This document shows positions 1 to 9,304 of a stretch of 64,000 bases of DNA, in pieces. The notes under the pieces were generated by a model, which was not told the DNA's origin, did no database searches, and saw only the letters and a list, made by a program, of their open reading frames with translations. The position numbers and the translations under genes were made by a program. This stretch comes from Candidatus Zhuqueibacterota bacterium (GTDB lineage: Bacteria; Zhuqueibacterota; Zhuqueibacteria; Residuimicrobiales; Krinioviventaceae): positions 5,318 through 69,317 of the forward strand of contig JAFGJB010000061.1 of the NCBI GenBank assembly GCA_016929295.1. The letters are read 5' to 3'. Each line of letters begins with the position of its first letter. Positions within the stretch are counted from its first letter, which is position 1.

Positions 1-678
1 GCGGAATTCATCGATGGCGCCATTGAAAGCGTTGCCATCCGTCCAGCCTGCGCCAATGCGCAACGGCGACGTCGATCGTCCTTCGCCAAAAACCATTGCA
101 CCATCCGCGACAGATACGCCATCAAAAAAGTACTCGGCGTACTCGCCGTCAAAGTTGAGCACAACATGCATCCATTCTCCCAGGAGCGGGGGCTCCTCGG
201 TGATGATGAAGACTTTGCCGGCCGTTGTGTTTGTCTCAAACTGTAAAGCATAACTGGTTTGATCCAGCACCATGCTCCACCCGATCAGGGGCGGATCCCA
301 ACCATCGCGCAATCCGGCGATGGGCTGCCAGGTGCCGTCGCCGCCATCCCAGTTGATCCAGCACGAAACGGCAAGTTGATCGGTCTCTTCGGATGGATCG
401 TAAATGCCGAGCGCGACGTGCGCCTGACTCTGCGAGCTGAATAGCAGTGCCCCGCCGCTCACGCCCGTGTCGATCCATTCCGGAAGATCGCTGGTGGTGG
501 GATCGGCCGTCAACAGGCCGTCCGGCGCTTTGATTTCCCTGCTGGACGAATTCGCCGCGACGTCGCCCTGGCCGTCGTCGAATTTATACCAGCCGACGAG
601 GCCGTTTGCCAAATCGATCTGCGCCATGGCCGTAGCGCAAATCAGGAACAGCAAAACCAAAACATTGACATTTTTCAT
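1..678 (-). CDS. Secreted LamG/concanavalin A-like domain protein (partial; 3' end runs off the window start)
   Basis: Absent from the ORF track; translated by hand from the ATG at 678: MKNVNVLVLLFLICATAMAQIDLANGLVGWYKFDDGQGDVAANSS...GEWMHVVLNFDG...LRIGAGWTDGNAFNGAIDEFR. Signal peptide plus typical LamG motifs; GGAGG RBS upstream. Confidence 0.85.
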   Translation of the reverse strand, partial: MKNVNVLVLLFLICATAMAQIDLANGLVGWYKFDDGQGDVAANSSSREIKAPDGLLTADPTTSDLPEWIDTGVSGGALLFSSQSQAHVALGIYDPSEETDQLAVSCWINWDGGDGTWQPIAGLRDGWDPPLIGWSMVLDQTSYALQFETNTTAGKVFIITEEPPLLGEWMHVVLNFDGEYAEYFFDGVSVADGAMVFGEGRSTSPLRIGAGWTDGNAFNGAIDEFR

Positions 679-899
679 CTTTTGACCTCCTGTTGATAAG
701 ATGGTTGAAGAAGAAGACATGTTGATGCCGCAGGTGATTCTCATTCACCTCCTTTCTTTCACGTAGGAATGGTTCAATAAATCTAATTATAAAGTGAAAA
801 TCAAGTAATAACTTGCACTTTGAAATAATTTTGGTTCTGGCCGCCCCGTGAGCAGAACAAAACAATTGCAGCTCTGCTGTCAGTTCCTTATTTTATGCA

Positions 900-3278
900 A
901 TGGTATCTTTCAAACAGCATATCCGGCGCACATTCCGGCGATGGAATGGCAGCACTATCGATTATACACTCTCCCTTTACCAGCCCATCCTGAAAGACAT
1001 CGTTGAGCGCGGGCCATCCTATGCAAGCAAATCGGATTCGCAGCTCAAAGAGACTGCCCGGCGACTGCGGGCAGAGCAGCCGACGATGAGCCGTGACGAA
1101 CTGCTGGTGGAAGCTGGCGCTTTGTATCGCCAGGTGGCGCATCGGACCCTTAATATGTGGCCATTCGATGTGCAGATACTCGGTGGGCTCGCCATGATTG
1201 ACGGCAAATTGGCTGAAATGCCGACCGGCGAGGGCAAGACTCTGGCCGCTGTCCTGCCGGCATTTCTCCATGCCCTGCCTGGCGACGGCGTGCACATTCT
1301 CACCTTTAACGATTATTTGGCCCGCCGTGACGCCCGGTGGATGGGGCCGATTTACGAATTCCTCGGACTGACCGTCGGATTTGTGCAGGAAGGTATGACG
1401 ATCGTCGAACGGCAGCGCGCTTATGGTGCAGATGTCACTTATGTCACTGCCAAGGAAGCGGGATTTGACTATCTTCGCGACAGCCTTTGTTATGACGTGA
1501 GAGATCTTGTCCATCGACAATTGCACTGCGCCATCATCGATGAGGCCGATTCCATACTCATCGATGAAGCGCGCATCCCGCTCGTCATTGCCGGCTCGGC
1601 CGACGATATCGTCGCCGATTCCTTCGTCATGGCCGATGTCGCCCGGCGCATGGAGCCGGATATCGATTTCCAACTGGATGACTATGCTCGCAACATTCAT
1701 CTCACCGAGCGCGGTCAAAAGCTGGCGGAAAAATTGCTGCAATGTAAAAACTTGTACGCCAGTGCGAACCTTGCTATCATAACAAGCCTGCACAATGCAT
1801 TGCACGCCGAATATCTGCTGCACTGTGATGTGGACTATATCGTTCGCGATGGCAAAATCGAGCTCGTCGATGAATTCACCGGCCGCGTCGCCGACCGACG
1901 CCGCTGGCCCGACGGCCTGCAGGCCGCACTGGAAGCAAAAGAAAATATCGACATTCAATCCAGGGGCAATATCCTCAATCAGATAACGCTGCAGCATTTT
2001 ATCCGTCTTTATCCGATCGTATGCGGCATGACGGCGACAGCACAGGCGAGCGAGATCGAATTCAAGAGTTTTTATAATCTTGACATCGCCGTCATTCCGC
2101 CCAATGTGCCTTGCATTCGCCAGGATCATGATGATGTCATTTTCATCTCGAAAGAGGCAAAACAGTCCGCCTTGCTCGAAGAAATCATGCGAGTGCATAA
2201 CGCGCATCGCCCTGTTCTAGTCGGGACCTCCAGCGTAGAGGAATCCGCGCGCGTCGCTACGGCGCTGAAAGAGCGTGGCATCCCCTGCCAGGTTTTGAAT
2301 GCAAAACATGATGCAAGTGAGGCCGAGATCGTTTCGCAGGCCGGCGTTCTGGACGCCGTCACCATCTCGACGAACATGGCCGGGCGCGGAACAGACATTC
2401 GGCTGGGTGGCGCCGACGAAGCGCAAAAGCGGCGCGTCGTCGAGCTCGGCGGTCTCTATGTGCTGGGCACCAACAGATATGAAACAGTGCGCATCGATCA
2501 GCAGCTCCGCGGTCGCGCGGGCCGCCAGGGTGATCCGGGTGCATCGCGATTCTTCATCAGTCTGCAGGATGACTTGATGATCAAATATCGCCTGCGCGAG
2601 CTGTTGCCGCAACAGCTCGTGGATGCCGGGGATGGCGAAATTGACCATCCTGTCGTGCGCCAGGAAGTGGCGCGAATCCAGCGCATCTGCGCCGGGCAAA
2701 ATCTGGAGATCAAAAAAACGCTGTGCAAATATTCGGATCTGCTGGAAAAACAGCGCGTCATCCTGTTTGAGCGCCGCCAGGATGCCCTCGATGATGCTGC
2801 GGACTTTTTTCGGCACTATTCGCATAACCGCTATATCACATTGCTCTCAGCGCTCGGCGAGGACAAACTGCAGTCCATCTGTCGAATGATCGTCCTGCAT
2901 AAAATAGATGAATCGTGGGCGAGTTACCTCGCCGAGATCGCCGATATCCGGGAAGGGATTCACCTCAAACGTCTCGGCGGTCGTGATCCATATATCGAAT
3001 TTCAAAAGCTGGCGGTGCAGATTTTTGATGCGCTTTTGGACGGGCTGGATGATGAATTGCTCATCCTGTTCAATTCGCTCGCGATGACAGACGGAGACAT
3101 TGATCTGCAAAAATACGGCATCAAAGCGCCAACGGCGACATGGACCTATCTCATCAACGATAATCCTTTTGAGAATCAACTGGGTTTGCAGCTGATAGGC
3201 AATATCGGCATGCAGGTGAGCGCCGGCATCCTCGGGCCACTTGTCGCATTACAGCTGCTGTTTCGTAAAAAAAAGTAA
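900..3278 (+). CDS. secA2: SecA-family translocase ATPase, short accessory (SecA2-like) paralogue
   Basis: EMPTGEGKT Walker A, NDYLARRD, IIDEADSILIDEARIPL, STNMAGRGTDI, QLRGRAGRQGDPG; 792 aa; no C-terminal SEC-C zinc motif. Confidence 0.88.
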   Translation: MVSFKQHIRRTFRRWNGSTIDYTLSLYQPILKDIVERGPSYASKSDSQLKETARRLRAEQPTMSRDELLVEAGALYRQVAHRTLNMWPFDVQILGGLAMIDGKLAEMPTGEGKTLAAVLPAFLHALPGDGVHILTFNDYLARRDARWMGPIYEFLGLTVGFVQEGMTIVERQRAYGADVTYVTAKEAGFDYLRDSLCYDVRDLVHRQLHCAIIDEADSILIDEARIPLVIAGSADDIVADSFVMADVARRMEPDIDFQLDDYARNIHLTERGQKLAEKLLQCKNLYASANLAIITSLHNALHAEYLLHCDVDYIVRDGKIELVDEFTGRVADRRRWPDGLQAALEAKENIDIQSRGNILNQITLQHFIRLYPIVCGMTATAQASEIEFKSFYNLDIAVIPPNVPCIRQDHDDVIFISKEAKQSALLEEIMRVHNAHRPVLVGTSSVEESARVATALKERGIPCQVLNAKHDASEAEIVSQAGVLDAVTISTNMAGRGTDIRLGGADEAQKRRVVELGGLYVLGTNRYETVRIDQQLRGRAGRQGDPGASRFFISLQDDLMIKYRLRELLPQQLVDAGDGEIDHPVVRQEVARIQRICAGQNLEIKKTLCKYSDLLEKQRVILFERRQDALDDAADFFRHYSHNRYITLLSALGEDKLQSICRMIVLHKIDESWASYLAEIADIREGIHLKRLGGRDPYIEFQKLAVQIFDALLDGLDDELLILFNSLAMTDGDIDLQKYGIKAPTATWTYLINDNPFENQLGLQLIGNIGMQVSAGILGPLVALQLLFRKKK

Positions 3279-3383
3279 ATGATTACTTCACTTGCTCAGA
3301 AAATGTGTCAGTAAATATCATCAAGTCAATAAAGATTAACTCCCACCTGTAACTGCCGTTTTCCATCACAAAATCCTTTTCGC

Positions 3384-3412
3384 TTGCAATTGAAACGAGT
3401 TATTAATAAATT
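3384..3412 (+). promoter_or_regulatory. Putative sigma70 promoter for rnfB-nifU
   Basis: TTGCAA-N17-TAAATT in an AT-rich intergenic region. Confidence 0.5.
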
Positions 3413-3453
3413 TAACGACTAAAAAAGCTTTTACTTTCACTACCGAGACAAAT

Positions 3454-4308
3454 ATGGATCCGCTCTTCTTATCATCAGTTATTGTCCTGGGTGGTCTTGG
3501 ACTCTTGTTCGGCGCTGCTTTGGCCTATGCGTCGATAAAATTTGCCGTTTATGTTGATCCAAAGGTTGAGCAAGTTCTTGCTGTTCTGCCGGGCGCCAAT
3601 TGCGGCGCCTGCGGCAGACCCGGTTGCGCCGCCTATGCTGAAGCGGTCGTCAAGGGTGAGACGCCGCCGAACATGTGTTCTCCTGGCGGCGCCGAGGTGA
3701 CGGCCAAGATCGCGGCCATTCTGGGCGTCACTGCCGAGGCAGCTGATCCCAAAGTCGCTGTAGTACAATGTCAGGGCGGTAAAGAGCAAGCGATCGAAAA
3801 GTATATTTACGAGGGTATCCAGGATTGCAGTGCCGCCGAAATGGTCGGCGGCGGCGCCAAAGCGTGCTCATATGGTTGCCTTGGCCTGGGCTCCTGCGTC
3901 AGAGCTTGTCCATTTGACGCCATGTATATGAACGACAACGGTTTGCCTGTTGTCATTGAGGAAAAGTGCACCGCCTGCAATATTTGTGTCACAACCTGCC
4001 CGCGCGGCATCATGGCGCTCATCCCTCGCAGTCAGAAAGTGTTTCTTGCCTGCGTGTCGCAAGATAAAGCAAAAGCGGTGAAATCTGTCTGCACGGTCGG
4101 CTGCTTTGCCTGCAAAATTTGTGTGACACCCAAAGTCACGCCGGAGGGAGCAATTGAAATGTCCGGCAACTTGCCGGTCATCAAGAACATTCACTCCGAT
4201 GATCTCTACGTCGCATTTGAAAAATGTCCCTCCCACTCTTATGTCGTGCGGATACCGCGTCCCGAACCGGCGGTCGTCGCCGAAGAAACGGTTGAAAAAC
4301 AGCTATAG
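3454..4308 (+). CDS. rnfB: RnfB-like polyferredoxin (Rnf electron transport subunit B)
   Basis: N-terminal TM helix, LPGANCGACGRPGC, CSYGCLGLGSCVRACP and CTACNICVTTCP Fe-S motifs. Confidence 0.88.
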   Translation: MDPLFLSSVIVLGGLGLLFGAALAYASIKFAVYVDPKVEQVLAVLPGANCGACGRPGCAAYAEAVVKGETPPNMCSPGGAEVTAKIAAILGVTAEAADPKVAVVQCQGGKEQAIEKYIYEGIQDCSAAEMVGGGAKACSYGCLGLGSCVRACPFDAMYMNDNGLPVVIEEKCTACNICVTTCPRGIMALIPRSQKVFLACVSQDKAKAVKSVCTVGCFACKICVTPKVTPEGAIEMSGNLPVIKNIHSDDLYVAFEKCPSHSYVVRIPRPEPAVVAEETVEKQL

Positions 4309-4316
4309 AGGTTTAA

Positions 4317-4547
4317 ATGTCGGAAATTACATTCGAAAAAGTCAATGACATCCTCGACACGATTCGGCCCGCCCTGATGGCGGATGGCGGTAATGTCGAA
4401 TTGGTGGATGTGAAGGACGGCATCGTCAAACTGCAACTGCAGGGCGCCTGCGTTGGCTGCCCTATGTCGCAAATGACGTTGCGCATGGGCATTGAGCGCG
4501 AATTGCGCAAGCACCTGCCCGATATACAACAGGTTGTCTCTGTCTGA
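4317..4547 (+). CDS. NifU/Nfu-type Fe-S cluster carrier
   Basis: IRPALMADGGNVELV...LQGACVGCPMSQMTL (CxxC Nfu signature). Confidence 0.92.
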   Translation: MSEITFEKVNDILDTIRPALMADGGNVELVDVKDGIVKLQLQGACVGCPMSQMTLRMGIERELRKHLPDIQQVVSV

Positions 4548-4555
4548 GCTCACAC

Positions 4556-4577
4556 CGGCCTGAAATTCAGGCCGTTT
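4556..4577 (+). terminator. Hairpin, possible intrinsic terminator after nifU
   Basis: CGGCCTGAA-A-TTCAGGCCG followed by TTT. Confidence 0.45.
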
Positions 4578-4590
4578 CGCTAAAATCGAG

Positions 4591-5730
4591 ATGCGCAAGA
4601 AAATCATCCTTGCTCCGGATTCTTTCAAGGAGAGTCTCTCCGCGGCGCGCGTGTGCGATGCCATGGAAAGAGGTGTTCGTCGGCTTCAGCCGGAGGCGAA
4701 CATCGTCAAATGCCCTCTGGCGGACGGCGGCGAAGGCACTGTTGATGCATTGGTTTCAGCAACAAATGGCAGCCTTGTCAAAAAGCAGGTGGTGGGACCG
4801 TGCGGCAAGCCCGTGTGGGCTCAATTCGGGCTGCTGGGAGATGGCGCCACCGCCGTGATCGAAATGGCGTCGGCGTCCGGATTACCGCTGCTCCCCCTTC
4901 ATGAACGAAATCCCCTCCATACAACAAGCTTTGGGACGGGTCAGCTTTTGCAGGCAGCGCTGGAGTATGGTGTAAGCGAGCTCATCGTCGGCATTGGCGG
5001 TTCGGCGACAAACGACTGCGGCGCCGGCATGGCCCAGGCACTCGGCGTGCGATTTTACGATGATGAGTCGATGATTTCCGACTATATGACCGGCGGCCTG
5101 ATGAACAAAGTCAGGGACATTGATATTTCGCACCTCGATGCGCGTCTTGCAAAGGTCACCATTAAAGTGGCGTGCGATGTCAACATCCCGCTGCTCGGCG
5201 AGCGCGGCGCGTCGCGACTCTATGCGCCGCAAAAAGGCGCTGCACCGGCCGTTGTCGAACAGCTTGAAGAAAACATGCACCACATCATCGCGCTCATTGA
5301 AAAAGAGACTCGACCTGTACGCACGGAGCCGGGCGCCGGCGCTGCCGGAGGTTTGGGCGCCGGCCTCATGGCTTTCCTCAACGCCGAATTGTCGTCGGGC
5401 ATCGACCTGGTGCTGGACGCCTGCCGGTTTGAGGAGCATATTCAGGACGCCGATGTCATACTCACCGGCGAGGGCCAGATCGATGCGCAATCGGCAATGG
5501 GCAAAACGATCTCCGGTGTGCTCAAAAGAGCTGCCATTTACCACGTTCCCGTGATTGCCATTGGCGGCGCACTTTTAGATAGCGCTGATGCTCTATTCGA
5601 TCTCGGCTTGTCGTCGATGTTTTGCATTTGCGATCGACCGATGGCGCTCGAGCGAGCTATTCTCGAGGCAGAAGGCCTCATCGAAAAAACAGTCAGTCAG
5701 ATCGTTCGGCTCGTGCTGCCGGCATCGTGA
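4591..5730 (+). CDS. glxK: Glycerate kinase (GlxK/GarK family)
   Basis: APDSFKESL, PLADGGEGT, IEMASASGL, GIGGSATNDCG, GAGAAGGLG, TGEGQID. Confidence 0.93.
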   Translation: MRKKIILAPDSFKESLSAARVCDAMERGVRRLQPEANIVKCPLADGGEGTVDALVSATNGSLVKKQVVGPCGKPVWAQFGLLGDGATAVIEMASASGLPLLPLHERNPLHTTSFGTGQLLQAALEYGVSELIVGIGGSATNDCGAGMAQALGVRFYDDESMISDYMTGGLMNKVRDIDISHLDARLAKVTIKVACDVNIPLLGERGASRLYAPQKGAAPAVVEQLEENMHHIIALIEKETRPVRTEPGAGAAGGLGAGLMAFLNAELSSGIDLVLDACRFEEHIQDADVILTGEGQIDAQSAMGKTISGVLKRAAIYHVPVIAIGGALLDSADALFDLGLSSMFCICDRPMALERAILEAEGLIEKTVSQIVRLVLPAS

Positions 5731-5751
5731 AGACGATTTCCCGTAGCAGGA

Positions 5752-5783
5752 AGACCGGTTGTAATACGACCGGTTTTTATTAT
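5752..5783 (+). terminator. Intrinsic terminator after glycerate kinase
   Basis: GACCGGTTGTA-A-TACGACCGGTT stem followed by a T-rich tail. Confidence 0.6.
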
Positions 5784-5853
5784 TCCTTGCATTCTACTCA
5801 ATTAATTCTAATTTATCAGCACCCCACTTTTTTGTAAATCAAGGATAAATCCG

Positions 5854-6813
5854 ATGAAAATGACGATTCGCCCCATCATTCTCGCCGCCACTCTCCTGCT
5901 GGCCTGTTCCCGTTCCGATCAAATTGAAATTGCCCTCATCCCGAAGGGCACGGATCTCATGTACTGGAAGGGCTTGCATGCCGGCGGCGCCAAAGCGGCG
6001 CAGGAGCTTGGTATCAAACTCATCTGGCAGGGGCCGCAAAAGGAGAGCGACCGCGAGCAGCAAATCAATATTGTCCAAAATTTCATCAGTCGCGGCGTCG
6101 ATGCCATTGTTTTAGCGCCTCTGGATGAAGTGGCGCTCATCCGTCCAGTCAATGCGGCTGTCAAACGCAATATCCCGGTTGTCATAGTGGACAGTGGTTT
6201 GCAGGGAGGAGATTTTACCAGCTACATTGCCACCGACAATTACGCTGCCGGCGAACTGGCGGCACGCCGGTTGACCGAGCTGCTCGGCGGCGCCGGCGAG
6301 GTCTTTATCGTCCGCTTCAATGAAGGGAGCAACAGCACCGGCTTGCGCGAGGAGGGCTTTTTGGCCTGGATTCGAGAGAATGCGCCCGGCATCGATATTG
6401 TCTCGAGCGACCAGTACTCGGGAGCAACCATGGAGCTGGCGCTGCAGACTGGCCAAAATCTGCTCAACAAGTTTCCGAATGTACGAGGCATCTTTTGCCC
6501 AAACGAAACGACGACATTTGGTCTGATGCGTGCCCTGCAGACAGTTGGCAAGGCCAAAATCACCCTGGTCGGATTCGATTATACAGATGCCGTAGCCAAT
6601 GGCATCCGCGCCGGAGAGATCGCCGGCGTTGTCGTTCAGGATCCTTTTCGCATGGGATACGAAAGCGTCAAAACAGCCTATGCTGTGCTGCGCGGAGAAG
6701 CCGCAGAACCGATTATCAAGACAGATGTCATATTTGTCACTGCTGACAACATAGATGATCCGGACATCCGTGCTGTCACCGAGCCCGATATCGCCCGATG
6801 GCTGGAAAAATAG
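5854..6813 (+). CDS. Sugar ABC transporter substrate-binding lipoprotein (RbsB-like)
   Basis: Lipobox LLAC; IPKGT..YW, ATDNYAAG, VVQDPFRMGY. Confidence 0.9.
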   Translation: MKMTIRPIILAATLLLACSRSDQIEIALIPKGTDLMYWKGLHAGGAKAAQELGIKLIWQGPQKESDREQQINIVQNFISRGVDAIVLAPLDEVALIRPVNAAVKRNIPVVIVDSGLQGGDFTSYIATDNYAAGELAARRLTELLGGAGEVFIVRFNEGSNSTGLREEGFLAWIRENAPGIDIVSSDQYSGATMELALQTGQNLLNKFPNVRGIFCPNETTTFGLMRALQTVGKAKITLVGFDYTDAVANGIRAGEIAGVVVQDPFRMGYESVKTAYAVLRGEAAEPIIKTDVIFVTADNIDDPDIRAVTEPDIARWLEK

Positions 6814-8313
<1,500 letters not shown>

Positions 8314-8331
8314 TCAGGCCTGGAGTATTTT

Positions 8332-9297
8332 ATGATCAAGGGATTGAAAGACAAACTTGCTGTACTGGGTCCGTTTGTGGGCTTGCTGTTTGTGTTTGCC
8401 ATTTTTCTCATCATATCGCCTCGATCCTTCATCAGTGGTTATAATCTCAAAACCATCATCACGCAGACGGTCATCGTCGGTATCGGCGCCCTGGGAATGA
8501 CCTTTGTCATCATCAGTGGCGGCATTGATCTGAGCGTCGGCTCGCTCATCGCGCTTGTCACCATTGTCATTGCTAAAACCCTCCATCTCGTCGACGTTCA
8601 CAGCAGCTTGGGCGTATGGAGTGCAGCGCTGCTGGCCATTCTTGTCAGCTCATTCGTCGGTTTTTTGAACGGTTTTATCACTGCCATATGGCGCATTGTC
8701 CCGTTTATTGTAACGCTGGGCATGATGCAAATCGCGCGCGGCCTGGCAAAATGGCTGGCGAATGAGCAAACCGTTGTGGCGCCGATGACCGGTTTGAACA
8801 ATTTGATGAATGTCGATCCCGAGCCGGCATGGCTCATCTTTGCACCCGGGGTATGGTTGATGATTGGCTTGACGGCCATTGTTTTTATCGTGCTCAAGTA
8901 CACAGTCTTTGGTCGATACGTTTTTGTCCTCGGCTCCAATGAACAAGCCGCGCGTCTGTGCGGCATCAAAGTCCGCCTGCATCGTATCTGGGTGTACACG
9001 CTGGGAGGCGCGTTCGCCGGCATTGCCGGCGTGATGCAATTCGCCAATCTCACCATTGGCGATCCAACGGCAGCCGTCGGCCTCGAACTCGATATCATTG
9101 CCGCCGTCGTCATTGGTGGCGGATCTTTGAGTGGCGGCGAAGGAAGCGCCGTGGGTTCCATTTTAGGCGCGTTGATGATGGCTATTTTGCGCAATGGCTG
9201 CAATCTTGTCGGCATTCCCACCTATGTGCAGAACATTCTCATCGGCTCAATCATCATCGGCGCCGTGGCAATTGATCGTTTGAGACATAAAAAATAA
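8332..9297 (+). CDS. Sugar ABC transporter permease (RbsC-like)
   Basis: GGIDLSVGS, PFIVTLG, ELDIIAAVVIGGGSLSGG; multiple TM helices. Confidence 0.93.
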   Translation: MIKGLKDKLAVLGPFVGLLFVFAIFLIISPRSFISGYNLKTIITQTVIVGIGALGMTFVIISGGIDLSVGSLIALVTIVIAKTLHLVDVHSSLGVWSAALLAILVSSFVGFLNGFITAIWRIVPFIVTLGMMQIARGLAKWLANEQTVVAPMTGLNNLMNVDPEPAWLIFAPGVWLMIGLTAIVFIVLKYTVFGRYVFVLGSNEQAARLCGIKVRLHRIWVYTLGGAFAGIAGVMQFANLTIGDPTAAVGLELDIIAAVVIGGGSLSGGEGSAVGSILGALMMAILRNGCNLVGIPTYVQNILIGSIIIGAVAIDRLRHKK

Positions 9298-9304
9298 GGA
9301 ACAC

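Noticed and set aside
888-2207. Long antisense ORF (439 aa) opposite secA, and similar shadow ORFs such as 46515-47537, 57295-58092 and 62804-63790
   Set aside because: They lie wholly opposite well-supported genes and have no recognisable motifs; they are expected from codon bias.
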